In this document: positions 41,064-52,476 of the stretch, one piece after another | Position numbering within the stretch: the stretch's first letter is position 1 | How the letters are laid out: each line of letters starts with the position of its first letter | Source of the DNA: an uncultured Chloroflexia bacterium | Lineage (GTDB): Bacteria > Chloroflexota > Limnocylindria > Limnocylindrales > CSP1-4 | Assembly: GCA_963743795.1 (NCBI GenBank) | Contig: CAVUQZ010000003.1 | Span: 80,065 to 144,064, forward strand | Length of the DNA stretch: 64,000 nt | Direction: 5' to 3' | Translations under genes and position numbers: made by a program | The notes under the pieces: model-generated | The model's database searches: none | What the model saw: the letters and a program-made list of their open reading frames with translations, nothing else | Told to the model about the DNA's origin: nothing

Positions 41064-42008
41064 ATGACCCGGCGCGCGCTAGTCATGTTCGGCTTGATGT
41101 CTCTGATCTGGGGCATCCCGTACATGTTCATTCGAATCGCGGTCGCTGAGATCTCTCCGGCGACTCTGGTCTTTGCGCGCACCTCGATCGCGGCACTGAT
41201 CCTGCTTCCGATCGCGTTCCTGCGCTTCGACCTCCGGCCGGTGCTCGAACGCTGGCGCTGGGTGGTCGCCTTTGCCGTGGTGGAGGTCGGCTTGCCCTGG
41301 GTCCTCCTGGGCGCCGCTGAACAGCACGTCACGAGCTCTCTTGCTGGCTTGCTGGTAGCGGGAGTGCCTCTGGTTGGAACGGTTGTCGCGGCCACTACTG
41401 GCAGTCGTGACCACCTGGGCCGAAGTGGACTTCTAGGGCTGGTGGTTGGGCTGGTCGGGGTCGCCGCGGTGGTCGGTTCCAACGTAGGCGTGTCGGATCC
41501 GGTGGCGTTTCTCGAGATTGCGTTGGTGGTCGTGGGCTACGCCGTAGGGCCGGCAATTCTGGCCCGCCGGCTCGGCGGTCTGCCGTCCGTAGGGGTGATG
41601 GCGCTGTCGCTTTCGCTCTGTGCCCTGGTCTACGCTCCGATCGCCGCCGTACAGCGACCTGCGGTCGTGCCCAGCGCGGGCGCGCTGGCCGCCATCGCCA
41701 TCCTGGGGGTCGTCTGCACCGCGGTCGCGTTCGTCCTGTTCTCGGCGCTGATCGCGGAGATCGGTCCGGTTCGAGCCACCGTGATCACCTACATCAACCC
41801 CGCGGTGGCGTCCGTGCTCGGCGTCCTCGTGCTCAACGAGTCTGTCACGGCCTGGATGGCCATCGGGCTCGGGCTCGTGATCCTGGGCTCGACTCTTGCC
41901 ACCCGTGGCGCCGCCACGAGAACGACAGACGCGAGTTCGGCGCTCGGTGACGGCCGCGAGCTCGAAACCGCTGCGGGCGGGATCGGCCGCTCAGAGTTGT
42001 CAGGCTAG
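41064..42008 (+). CDS. DMT-superfamily (EamA) transporter
   Basis: Ten TM helices with two EamA-like halves ('LIWGIPYMFIRIAV'). Confidence 0.8.
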   Translation: MTRRALVMFGLMSLIWGIPYMFIRIAVAEISPATLVFARTSIAALILLPIAFLRFDLRPVLERWRWVVAFAVVEVGLPWVLLGAAEQHVTSSLAGLLVAGVPLVGTVVAATTGSRDHLGRSGLLGLVVGLVGVAAVVGSNVGVSDPVAFLEIALVVVGYAVGPAILARRLGGLPSVGVMALSLSLCALVYAPIAAVQRPAVVPSAGALAAIAILGVVCTAVAFVLFSALIAEIGPVRATVITYINPAVASVLGVLVLNESVTAWMAIGLGLVILGSTLATRGAATRTTDASSALGDGRELETAAGGIGRSELSG

Positions 42009-42162
42009 CCGGAGGAGCCGTCGGTCACCGGCTGGCAGACGGCTGCAGAGCAGCATGGTACGTGTGGACGACGGCGCCGTTGGGAAACGTGACGCTGTCG
42101 ACTAGCTCGAGTTCGCGCCTTGGTACTGCGTTGAACGAGGCCGCCCTGGCGCTTCTCTCCCC

Positions 42163-42174
42163 TTGACATGTCAA
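42163..42174. promoter_or_regulatory. Perfect 12-bp palindrome TTGACATGTCAA
   Basis: Read directly. It is part of a TTGACA/TGTCAA half-site cluster upstream of dnaG. Confidence 0.5.
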
Positions 42175-42189
42175 TACCCCCAGGCAGTA

Positions 42190-42217
42190 TTGACAATCCC
42201 GCTTCGGGTGTATGATT
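42190..42217 (+). promoter_or_regulatory. Candidate promoter TTGACA-(15/16 nt)-TATGAT/ATGATT for dnaG-rpoD
   Basis: -35 at 42190-42195, and a -10-like 'GTGTATGATT' at 42208-42217. Confidence 0.4.
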
Positions 42218-42229
42218 CCGGTCGCAAAA

Positions 42230-42252
42230 GGCCTGTCAAGACTTGACAGGCC
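42230..42252. promoter_or_regulatory. Perfect 23-bp palindrome GGCCTGTCAAG-A-CTTGACAGGCC (operator or 5'-UTR hairpin)
   Basis: Read directly. It has 11-bp arms and lies just downstream of the candidate promoter. Confidence 0.5.
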
Positions 42253-42397
42253 CTTAGTCGTGTCAGGGTGGTTGGGCGAGCGGCTTGGGAGCGCGGTCGA
42301 CTGATCCTTTTGGCCTTCTGGACCGCATCATCGTTCGCTCCGTCGACCGGCGAACGCTTCGGGCTCCCCGGTCGTCTGATATGGCAGGAGAAAGCAT

Positions 42398-44371
42398 TTG
42401 ACCGTAGGTGTTGCCGCGGAAGTGAAGAGCAAGCTTTCGATCGTCGACGTCGTCGGCGAGGCGGTAACGCTCAAGAAGGCCGGCACGACGTACAAAGGGC
42501 TCTGCCCGTTCCACGGCGAGAAGACCCCGAGCTTCGTCGTGACCCCGTCCCGCGAGAGCTGGCACTGTTTCGGCTGCGGCGAGGGAGGGGACATCTTCAG
42601 CTTCGTCATGCGCCGCGAGGGATTGACCTTTCCCGAGGCTCTCAAGCGACTGGCCGCGAAGGCAGGGATCGAGGTCGACGAGCGGACGACCCGCGAGGAC
42701 GCCCGAAAGGCCCGGCTGCGCGAGGTTCTCGAGCAGGCGATCGCGTTCTACCACGCCGTCCTGACCCAGTCGAAAGTGGGCGCGCCCGCGCTCGACTACC
42801 TGCGCGGTCGGGGCTTCACGGACGAAACGATCGGACGCTTCCAGCTTGGGTGGGCCCCGGACGGCTGGGACCAGATGATCAAGATGCTCCAGAGCCGCCG
42901 CAACGCGACCCTGGCGGAGCTGGCCGAAGTGGGCCTCACGAGCCAGCGCTCGAGCGGGCGGGGCGCCTACGACAAGTTCCGCTCGCGCGTCATCTTTCCG
43001 ATTCGCGACGCGTCGGGGAACGCAGTGGGGATCGGTGGCCGGATCCTGCCGGCGACTGGCGCAACGGCGACGGTCCCGGATCCGAGCGCGCCCAAATACC
43101 TGAACTCGCCCGCGACTGCGCTCTTCGACAAGAGCCGGACGTTGTACCTGATCGAGCGAGCCCGCAATGAGATGCGCCGTCGCGAAGAGGCTGTCCTCGT
43201 GGAGGGCTACACCGACGCGCTGATGGCCCACCAGGCCGGCTTCGAGAACGTGGTGGCCAGCCTGGGCACGGCCCTCACGCCGGCCCAGGTCGCCCTTATC
43301 GCCCGCTACACGAACCGCATCGTCCTGGCCTACGACGTTGACCCGGCCGGCCAGCACGCTGGCTCGATCGGCGGGGCGGAGCTGTTCCACCTGATCGGGG
43401 CCCTGGCCGCGGAGGAGACAGGCGTCGAGATCACGCGGGTCCAGGTCGCCCGACTGCCCGAGGGCAAGGACCCGGACGAAGTGATCCGCGAGTCGCCCGA
43501 TCTCTGGCGGGAGGCGATCCGTACCGCCCAGCCGATCATGGAGTTCCTTATCGACTACTACGCCAACGCTTTTCCGGCGCGCACCGCCGAGGGCCGGCGC
43601 CATGCCGTGGGGGCACTGATTCCGCTGCTGCGCGAGATCCGGGATCCGGTAGTGCGAGACAGCTACCTTCAGGCCCTGGCTCGCCGGACCGGCGTGGAGG
43701 AGAGGGTTCTCCTGGAGGCGATGCGCGCCCCCACGCCTGCCGGAGGGTCGGCCCAGGACGGGCGATCGGGTCGCGGGGGATCCGGCGGCGGCCGCTTCAC
43801 GGCCGATGCGGTCATCTCCGCCCCGGACGCCCTGGATACGAAGGCCGAGCTGAGGGCGATCTCGAGCCACGAGCGCGACCTGCTGCGCTACCTGCTGCTT
43901 GTTCCGGAGCAGCAGGAACGCGTCGCCCAGATGCTCGCGGCCCAGGGAGCGCAACTCCCCAGCACCCCGGCGCGGGAGCTGCTGGCGGCGATGCTCGCCG
44001 ATCGCGAAATGGACCGCGAAGCGGGCGGAGGCGGTCGTTTCGAGCGTATGCGCTTTCTCGACGCGCTGCCGGCGGAGCTCCACGGTCTGGCGATCGCGCT
44101 CTACGCGGAACGGGGTCCGGATCCGAACGAGTTGAGCGGCGATCGCGTCCGTATAGGTGTTGATCAGTGCCTGCTGGCCCTCGAGGCGGACAGGCTCGAA
44201 GAAGAGATCCGATTCAATGCCGGTGAGCTCGTGGAGGCGCAGGCTGCCTCGGACACGCCGGCGGTCGCCCGACTGCTCGAACTACAACGCAATTTGAACG
44301 AGGCTCGCCGATCGCTCGATCGACGCAAGCAGGACGCGAGCCTTCTTGCTTCCGCTGGAGGACACCGATGA
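42398..44371 (+). CDS. dnaG: DNA primase
   Basis: Zinc finger '[30 protein letters not shown]' and TOPRIM '[16 protein letters not shown]'. TTG start with GGAG 7 nt upstream. Confidence 0.9.
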   Translation: MTVGVAAEVKSKLSIVDVVGEAVTLKKAGTTYKGLCPFHGEKTPSFVVTPSRESWHCFGCGEGGDIFSFVMRREGLTFPEALKRLAAKAGIEVDERTTREDARKARLREVLEQAIAFYHAVLTQSKVGAPALDYLRGRGFTDETIGRFQLGWAPDGWDQMIKMLQSRRNATLAELAEVGLTSQRSSGRGAYDKFRSRVIFPIRDASGNAVGIGGRILPATGATATVPDPSAPKYLNSPATALFDKSRTLYLIERARNEMRRREEAVLVEGYTDALMAHQAGFENVVASLGTALTPAQVALIARYTNRIVLAYDVDPAGQHAGSIGGAELFHLIGALAAEETGVEITRVQVARLPEGKDPDEVIRESPDLWREAIRTAQPIMEFLIDYYANAFPARTAEGRRHAVGALIPLLREIRDPVVRDSYLQALARRTGVEERVLLEAMRAPTPAGGSAQDGRSGRGGSGGGRFTADAVISAPDALDTKAELRAISSHERDLLRYLLLVPEQQERVAQMLAAQGAQLPSTPARELLAAMLADREMDREAGGGGRFERMRFLDALPAELHGLAIALYAERGPDPNELSGDRVRIGVDQCLLALEADRLEEEIRFNAGELVEAQAASDTPAVARLLELQRNLNEARRSLDRRKQDASLLASAGGHR

Positions 44372-46092
44372 CAGACCCCCTTGACAAGCAGCTCGTTGAG
44401 GTTGCCCTCTCCGGCGGCGGCCGCCGCAAGGCGGACCTGGAAGAGGCCAAGCTCGCGGGCGTGCGCACGCCTCGAGGCCTCGCCGACGACGAGGCGCTCG
44501 ACGACGAGCTCATCTCGGACGACGACGAGGATGAAGTGGCGCCTGTTGACGCGCTCGATGACGACGCGGTCGACCTGGGCGTCGAGGTTGTCGAGGAGGA
44601 CATCCTCGTAGAACCGCACGTCCCCGGCGACGCTCCGGCCAAGCTGGACGCGGAAGCCCTGGAGGAGCCGACCCAAGAGGAACTGGAAGCCCTCTCCGCC
44701 GACATGATCGGGATCGACGACCCGGTCCGGATGTACCTCAAGGAAATCGGCAAGGTTGCGCTGCTGACCGCCGAGGAAGAGGTCGTCCTGGCGAAGGCCA
44801 TCGAGCTCGGCGAGCAGATGGTCGAAGACCCGGCGAAGGGCATCGTCTCGCTCCACGAATGGACGCACCACGAGACGGAGCGCAAGACCCGAACCATCAA
44901 GCCGCAGTACCAGCTGCCCTTCGGTCCAGAAGCCGCTCGAATGGTCGCCGACGCGGTCTCCTCCGAGGATGCCTCCGACCTGCTCGTTCCCACGCTCGAC
45001 TTCCACCTGATCAAGGCGGGCAAGGAAGCCACTACCGACGGTACCAAGGACCTGATCAAGGAAGGCCGCCACCTGGTCACGGCCTACAACGAATCGCTCA
45101 CAGCCGAGTCGTTCCTGAAGCTGCTCGACTGGGCCTACTTCGCCGTTCACAACGGGGACCTGGACTCGCGAGACAACACGGGCCTGCGGGCGATCTACGA
45201 CTGGACGCGCGACGCGGTGGCATACCCGGCCCTGCGGCGTTGGATCCAGACCGACCACGACGCGGATCTGTTGAAGCGCCTTGGCTTCGACCCGGAGGTC
45301 CCGCTCAACACCAAGCTGGCCCATCGCAGGGGCGAATTGGTGCGCATCGGCCGCGACGCTCGCGAGCAGCTGACGTCGGCCAACCTGCGGCTCGTGGTGT
45401 CGATCGCGAAGAAGTACATCGGCCGCGGCATGAGCTTCCTGGACCTCATCCAGGAGGGCAACATCGGCCTCATCCGAGCAGTCGAGAAGTTCGACTACGA
45501 GAAGGGCTACAAGTTCAGCACGTACGCCACGTGGTGGATCCGGCAGGCCATCACTCGCGCCATCGCGGACCAGGCCCGCACCATCCGCATCCCCGTCCAC
45601 ATGGTCGAGACGATCAACCGCCTGATCCGAGTCTCGCGAACTCTCCTGCAGGAGTTGGGCCGCGAACCGACGGTCGATGAGATCGCCGAGGCAATGAGCA
45701 AGGGCCAGGAGCAGGTCGTCACGCCCGAGAAGGTCCGCGAGATCATCAAGGTCTCCCAGGAACCCGTATCGCTCGAGACGCCGATCGGCGAGGAAGAGGA
45801 TTCGCACCTTGGCGACTTCATCGAGGACCGTGGCGCGCTGGCCCCGGCCGAAGCCGCATCCCACCAGCTTCTGAAGGAACAGGTCGAGGCGGTCCTCGAC
45901 TCGCTGACCGGGCGAGAGCGGCGGGTGCTTCAGCTCCGGTTCGGGCTGGAGGATGGGCGAGCTCGGACCCTGGAGGAAGTCGGCAAGGAGTTCAACGTCA
46001 CTCGCGAGCGCATCCGCCAGATCGAGGCGAAGGCTCTGCGCAAGCTGCGCCACCCCTCCCGCTCCCGCAAGCTGAAGGACTACCTGGAGTAG
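44368..46092 (+). CDS. rpoD: Primary RNA polymerase sigma factor (sigma-70/SigA) with an acidic N-terminus and a roughly 175-aa insertion between regions 1.2 and 2.1
   Basis: '[21 protein letters not shown]', '[60 protein letters not shown]' and '[14 protein letters not shown]'. The ATG overlaps the dnaG stop. Confidence 0.95.
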   Translation: MTDPLDKQLVEVALSGGGRRKADLEEAKLAGVRTPRGLADDEALDDELISDDDEDEVAPVDALDDDAVDLGVEVVEEDILVEPHVPGDAPAKLDAEALEEPTQEELEALSADMIGIDDPVRMYLKEIGKVALLTAEEEVVLAKAIELGEQMVEDPAKGIVSLHEWTHHETERKTRTIKPQYQLPFGPEAARMVADAVSSEDASDLLVPTLDFHLIKAGKEATTDGTKDLIKEGRHLVTAYNESLTAESFLKLLDWAYFAVHNGDLDSRDNTGLRAIYDWTRDAVAYPALRRWIQTDHDADLLKRLGFDPEVPLNTKLAHRRGELVRIGRDAREQLTSANLRLVVSIAKKYIGRGMSFLDLIQEGNIGLIRAVEKFDYEKGYKFSTYATWWIRQAITRAIADQARTIRIPVHMVETINRLIRVSRTLLQELGREPTVDEIAEAMSKGQEQVVTPEKVREIIKVSQEPVSLETPIGEEEDSHLGDFIEDRGALAPAEAASHQLLKEQVEAVLDSLTGRERRVLQLRFGLEDGRARTLEEVGKEFNVTRERIRQIEAKALRKLRHPSRSRKLKDYLE

Positions 46093-46157
46093 AAAGCAAC
46101 GCTTTCAAGGTCGGGAACGCGGGTACGCTAGCCGGGACGCCACCAAGCCGGAGGAAC

Positions 46158-47030
46158 ATGACCGCGAAACCTGGGCCGCTCGTCTCGGGAGAGTGGCTGG
46201 CCTCGCACCTGGGCGACGCCGATCTGCGGCTCGTCCACGTCTCGCTTGACCGCAAGACGTTCGACCAGGGGCACCTGCCGGGGGCGATCTTCGTCGACCT
46301 GCACGCAGACCTGGCGAAGAGCGGCAGGCGCCGCGAGACCGGCTCGGCCGAGCGCCAGTACATGGTCCCCACCCGCCGCGACGTGACGGAGGCACTCGTC
46401 AGGTGGGGAGTCACGGCGGGCAGCCGGATCGTGTTCTACGACGATGCGGGCCAGAATCGTCACGCCATCCGGGGCTACTGGCTGCTGCGTCTGTACGGGT
46501 TCCCGCGCGAACGGTTGCACGTCCTCGACGGGGGTCTGACCGTATGGCAGGCTCTCGGGCGGCGGACGACCGCCGAAACCGTCGAGCTGGTCCCGGCCGG
46601 GGCCACGGAGCCACTCGAGGACCTGGACCAGTCGCTGATAGCCACGGCCGATGAGGTCCTGGCGTGGAGCCGGGAGGCGGCTGTGCCAGGCGGCCCCACA
46701 CGGTTGCTCGACGTCAGGTCGGTCGATGAGTTCCTCGGCCGAGACGTCAGGGCGGCCCGGGGCGGCCGGATCGCAGGCTCGCGGCACCGCCTCTTCAGCG
46801 ATTTCGTGGCGGCCGACGGGCAACTCCGGCCGGCAGCGGACGCTCTGGCGATCCTGCGGGGCGGCGGCGTGAAGCCTGAGGAGCTGCGCGCCACCTACTG
46901 CCAGGGCGGCGTTCGGGCAGCGTTGGCCTGGTTCGTGCTGCACGAGCTGGCGGGACTGACCGAGGTCCGCAACTACGCGGAGTCCTGGGAGGAGTGGGGG
47001 AACCGGCCAGATCTCCCCGTCGAGAACTAG
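46158..47030 (+). CDS. Two-domain rhodanese sulfurtransferase (thiosulfate/3-mercaptopyruvate type)
   Basis: 'HLPGAIFVD' and the active-site loop 'YCQGGVRAALAWF'. Confidence 0.8.
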   Translation: MTAKPGPLVSGEWLASHLGDADLRLVHVSLDRKTFDQGHLPGAIFVDLHADLAKSGRRRETGSAERQYMVPTRRDVTEALVRWGVTAGSRIVFYDDAGQNRHAIRGYWLLRLYGFPRERLHVLDGGLTVWQALGRRTTAETVELVPAGATEPLEDLDQSLIATADEVLAWSREAAVPGGPTRLLDVRSVDEFLGRDVRAARGGRIAGSRHRLFSDFVAADGQLRPAADALAILRGGGVKPEELRATYCQGGVRAALAWFVLHELAGLTEVRNYAESWEEWGNRPDLPVEN

Positions 47031-47075
47031 CCGGGCGACGACATCGAGCGCTTGCCGTCGCGCGTCGGCGAGGCC

Positions 47076-47084
47076 GTGCTATTC
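47076..47084 (+). promoter_or_regulatory. Candidate extended -10 element TGCTATTCT upstream of tRNA-Asn
   Basis: It lies 53 nt before the tRNA 5' end. The same 10-mer occurs at 15023. Confidence 0.3.
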
Positions 47085-47136
47085 TGTCGCGCGGCGTCGC
47101 GACGGCGCCACCCGGTCGCTCAGGCGATCGACTCGC

Positions 47137-47211
47137 TCCGGCGTAGCTCAGTGGTAGAGCGGGCGGCTGTTAACCGCTTGGTCGTAGGTTCGAATCCTAC
47201 CGCCGGAGCCA
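47137..47211 (+). tRNA. tRNA-Asn (anticodon GTT), CCA encoded
   Basis: Manual cloverleaf: acceptor TCCGGCG/CGCCGGA, D arm GCTC-AGTGGTA-GAGC, anticodon arm GGCGG-CTGTTAA-CCGCT, T arm GTAGG-TTCGAAT-CCTAC, then discriminator G and CCA. Confidence 0.95.
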
Positions 47212-47433
47212 TTCCTCAGGCGCGTGTCCCGGCTGTACCGCTCCAACCGTCGGGGCGGCCCGTGCCCGGCTGACGCCCGGGCTCCGGCCCTCGCAGGCTT
47301 CCCCATTGCGACGCAGGTGTAATGCGGCCGATGCGAAGTTCCTTGTCGATGTCAGCCCTATTGGCGGATGCTGCGGCAAGATCTGGCTGGTTAGCCGCGC
47401 CTCGGACGCCGCAGTTGCCATCAGGAGTAGTGA

Positions 47434-48120
47434 GTGAGCGCCAAGCCCCTGGTGCTGGTCGCCGACGACGAGCCCCGGATAGCCAGGCTCGTGTCGATTG
47501 CCCTCCAGGAGGAAGGCTTCAGCGTCGTCACGGCCACGGACGGGGAAGACGCGCTGCGGTGCGCGGAAGAGTACTGTCCGGACGTCATCGTGCTCGACAT
47601 CGTGATGCCTGATCTTGACGGCATCGAGGTCATAGAGCGACTGCGGGAGCGGCGTGCGGTGCCCGTAGTTGTCCTGACCGCCAGGGGTTCGGTCGCGGAC
47701 AAAGCCGAGAGGCTCGAATTCCGGGCGGACGACTACATCGCCAAGCCATTCCACCCGGACGAGCTGGCGGCTCGGGTGCGCGCGGTCCTCCGACGATCAT
47801 CCGGCGCAACACCCGGCCGAGGAATTGTCGCCTGCGACGACGTGGAGATCGACCTCGAGCGCCGGTTGGTGACGCGGGGCGGCCAGCCGGTGCAGCTCTC
47901 GAGGACGGAGTGGCTCCTGCTGCAGCATCTCGCTGTCAATGCCGGCAAGGTCGTCCTTCACGCAGAGCTCCTCACGAAGGTCTGGGGGCCCGAGTATCGA
48001 GACGAGTCCAGTATCTGCGGATCTGGGTGAGCAGGGTCCGCCGAAAGCTCGGTGCCGCACCCGGAGAGCCAGGTCGGATTAGGACGTTAGCCGGAATTCG
48101 GCTACAGGCTCGATGTCGAG
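47434..48120 (+). pseudogene. OmpR/KdpE-like response regulator, two frame breaks near the 3' end (around 48005-48010 and 48096-48100); 3' end undefined
   Basis: The receiver 'LVLVADDEPRI...DVIVLDIVMPDLDG...VVVLTARG..DDYIAKPF' is intact. The winged-helix 'YLRIWVSRVRRKL' and 'GYRL' are each one frame over. Confidence 0.7.
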
Positions 48121-48214
48121 ATGGCCGGCGCAGGCGCTCCAGCTCCGGCCGGTCCGGCCGAATTGCCCTCATCTCGCCTGGGATCACGATGTCGGCCTGT
48201 CGCGGGGCCAGCAA

Positions 48215-49258
48215 TCAGGCGTCGATCTGATAGTCGCCGAACAGGCGGCAATGGTCGCCCGGCAGCGAGCAGTCCAGGGACGTAGAAGCGGGGCGAATCG
48301 GTCCCGCGGTCAGCTGCAGGTCGATCCGCAGGAAGGCCACGTTCAAGAAGGCCAGGCGGCCTGGGCGCCAGGTCCACCCGGGGCCCTCGCCGACCTCGAC
48401 GTGGGTGTCGCGCAGACCCGCCGTGAGGACCTTGTACTCCGATTCCGAGGGAGTCGTGTTGAAGTCGCCCAGGACCAGCAGCCGCTCGCCGCCGGCCAGC
48501 GCCGGGTCGATCCACTCGCGGATCTTCGCGATGGCGGCATCGCGGCCCGACGGATTGAAGTCGGGCAGCAGCGGGAGCAGCGTTGATGTGCCAAACGATG
48601 CCAGCATGGGATGACCGTTGATAACCCGAATCGGCCCTCGCGGCGTGGCCGCGACCAGTTCGAGACGGGCCGGATTGTCAGCCGAATCCACCTTCTCGAT
48701 CGGGTAGCGGCTCAGGATCGCCAGCCCGCGCGCACCCGGTCGGGGGGCCATCGCCCGGTAGGGGTAGCGAGACGCTATCGCCGCGTCCGCTGCGACAGCC
48801 TCGGAGACATCCGGCTCGATCTCCTGCAACGCAATCAGATCGACGTTCACGGCCTCCAGGGCGGAGACCGTCTCGGCCGGCGTGCGCGTCCCGTACTCCA
48901 GGTTCCAGGTCATCGCCGCGAGATCGTGGCGTGCGGCTCCGCTGCCCGGCAACGAGACCCACTCCGAGCCGAAGAAACCACAGCCGGCGATGAGGGTCAC
49001 GGCCAACGCCACGCCGAGGAGTCGTGACCGGGCCAGCAGGGCGAAGGGAGTGAGCGTGAGCAGGACGGCGATGAAGATCTGGGGTTCCAGGACGAGCACC
49101 AGCGCCAGCGGGCCGGAGCGGGGCGGAACAGCGATTGCCACCACCGCGAAACCCACCAGCACGGCCGGAACGACCGCCAGCAGGTCCACAGCCGAAAGGC
49201 GACCTGATCGAAGGCTGGAATTCCGGAAGGCTTTCATACGGTCGTGACGGCTCGGCAC
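48215..49258 (-). CDS. Endonuclease/exonuclease/phosphatase (EEP) family protein with N-terminal TM helices
   Basis: 'AAMTWNLEYG', 'DLIALQEI' and 'LLVLGDFNTTPSESEY'. Confidence 0.75.
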   Translation of the reverse strand: MPSRHDRMKAFRNSSLRSGRLSAVDLLAVVPAVLVGFAVVAIAVPPRSGPLALVLVLEPQIFIAVLLTLTPFALLARSRLLGVALAVTLIAGCGFFGSEWVSLPGSGAARHDLAAMTWNLEYGTRTPAETVSALEAVNVDLIALQEIEPDVSEAVAADAAIASRYPYRAMAPRPGARGLAILSRYPIEKVDSADNPARLELVAATPRGPIRVINGHPMLASFGTSTLLPLLPDFNPSGRDAAIAKIREWIDPALAGGERLLVLGDFNTTPSESEYKVLTAGLRDTHVEVGEGPGWTWRPGRLAFLNVAFLRIDLQLTAGPIRPASTSLDCSLPGDHCRLFGDYQIDA

Positions 49259-49312
49259 TTGCAGTTGGGTCGTCAGAGGTGGCGCCCGACTTTCTTCCTA
49301 TGCACGGGGCGG

Positions 49313-49341
49313 TTACCAGATGCGGCGCAGCAGGCTAGACT
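49313..49341 (+). promoter_or_regulatory. Candidate promoter TTACCA-17 nt-TAGACT for the leuA leader
   Basis: Read directly. The predicted TSS (about 49348) lies a few nt before the leader GTG. Confidence 0.4.
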
Positions 49342-49351
49342 ATGCGGCATC

Positions 49352-49393
49352 GTGACCAGAGACCACTTCGCCAGCAGCCTGCTCCTTACCTGA
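49352..49393 (+). CDS. Candidate leaderless leuA leader peptide (13 aa: V/M-TRDHFASSLLLT)
   Basis: GTG 49352 to TGA 49391-49393, with three consecutive Leu codons CTG-CTC-CTT at 49379-49387, immediately upstream of the competing hairpins and the terminator. Confidence 0.45.
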   Translation: MTRDHFASSLLLT

Positions 49394-51235
<1,842 letters not shown>

Positions 51236-51311
51236 GAGCCTCCGAGTGGTCACGGCGCCTGGCGGCTTCGCGGCCAGCCGCGCGAGCACGGCCGGGTATA
51301 GATTCCGTGCC

Positions 51312-52337
51312 GTGAGCGTATGGATCGATCGCGTCAAGGCGGACCCGATGCCGTGGCTGCTCGAAGAGTCGACGCCCGCAGTACGGCACCTTGCACTGCG
51401 CGGCCTGCTGGACCGCGCCGCCGACGACTTGGAGGTGGTCGAAGCGCACGCGGCAGCGATGCGCACCGACCCAATCGCGTCGATCCTGGGGGCACAGAAC
51501 CCCGAGGGCTGGTGGGCGAAGCCGGGTCACGGCTACGGGCCCAAGTACAGCTCGACCGTCTGGCAGGTCATCTTCCTCGACCAGCTCGGCGCCGACGGCG
51601 ACGATCGGCGCGTCCGCGCGGCCTGCGAGTACATCCTGGAGCACTCCCAGTCGAGCAGCGGCGGCTTCGGTGCATTAGGCTCCAAGATGACCAGGCCGGC
51701 ACCCTCGGGCGTGGTGCACTGCCTCAACGGCAACCTCCTCCGCGCCCTGATCGGCTTGGGCCTGCTTGACGATCCGCGGGTCCAGCACGCGCTGGCCTAT
51801 CAGGTGGCCTCGATCACCGGAGAGGGCGTCGAGCGGTGGTACTCGCTGACGCCGGGACCCGGGTTCCGCTGCGGTGTCAACTACGGCGACCCCTGCGCCT
51901 GGGGAGCCACGAAGGCCGTCCTGGCACTGGCCCGCGTACCGGCCGAGCGGCGAACGCCGGATGTCGCGCGGGCCCTGGAACAGGGCGCGGCTTTCCTGCT
52001 CAGCCGCGACCCTTCGGTCGCGGATTACCCAATGGGTCCCAACACCAAGCCCAACAGCTCGTGGTTCAAGCTGGGCTTCCCGTCGGGCTACGTTGCCGAT
52101 GTCCTGCAGACGCTCGAGGCGCTGTGCGAGACCGGTCTGGCCGCGGATCCACGCCTCGATCGCGCGGTGGACTGGGTCGTCGCCCAGCAGGACGCGCAGG
52201 GCCGCTGGCCGAACCGCTATGCCTACGCGGGCAAGATGGTGATAGACATCGACCGTCCCGGCCAGCCGAGCAAGTGGGTGACCCTGCGAGCCTGCCGCGT
52301 CCTCAAGGCAGTCGCCGAGTCAAGGCCCAACGCCTGA
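51312..52337 (+). CDS. Prenyltransferase/squalene-oxidase-repeat (terpenoid-cyclase-fold) protein
   Basis: Repeated 'GGF/GGW'-type alpha/alpha-toroid motifs ('QNPEGWWAK', 'SSSGGFGALG', 'QDAQGRWPN'). The start is GTG 51312 or ATG 51348. Confidence 0.55.
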   Translation: MSVWIDRVKADPMPWLLEESTPAVRHLALRGLLDRAADDLEVVEAHAAAMRTDPIASILGAQNPEGWWAKPGHGYGPKYSSTVWQVIFLDQLGADGDDRRVRAACEYILEHSQSSSGGFGALGSKMTRPAPSGVVHCLNGNLLRALIGLGLLDDPRVQHALAYQVASITGEGVERWYSLTPGPGFRCGVNYGDPCAWGATKAVLALARVPAERRTPDVARALEQGAAFLLSRDPSVADYPMGPNTKPNSSWFKLGFPSGYVADVLQTLEALCETGLAADPRLDRAVDWVVAQQDAQGRWPNRYAYAGKMVIDIDRPGQPSKWVTLRACRVLKAVAESRPNA

Positions 52338-52476
52338 GGGCCGCCCCGCGGCATCCCGTGCGGCGGCGACCTCACCTGTCCGCGGGCCGGACGGCTGATG
52401 CCCGGGGAGCCAGAGGAACCGCAGAGAGTGCAACTCGGCCCTCCGGATTGGTCAGCTGTTTCGTTATGTTTCCTTT

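Noticed and set aside
47137-49258. tRNA-Asn as an integration site for a genomic island.
   Set aside because: There is no integrase, no repeat of the tRNA 3' end that I could see, no compositional shift, and the downstream genes (response regulator, EEP protein, leuA) look chromosomal.
52338-52476. Possible yybP-ykoY (Mn2+) riboswitch upstream of the NRAMP gene ('GGGGAGCCAG', 'UGUGACAA').
   Set aside because: The matches to the conserved 'GGGGAGUAG' and 'UUGACAU' cores are partial. In addition, this riboswitch class turns on Mn exporters, not Mn importers, so the context is wrong.
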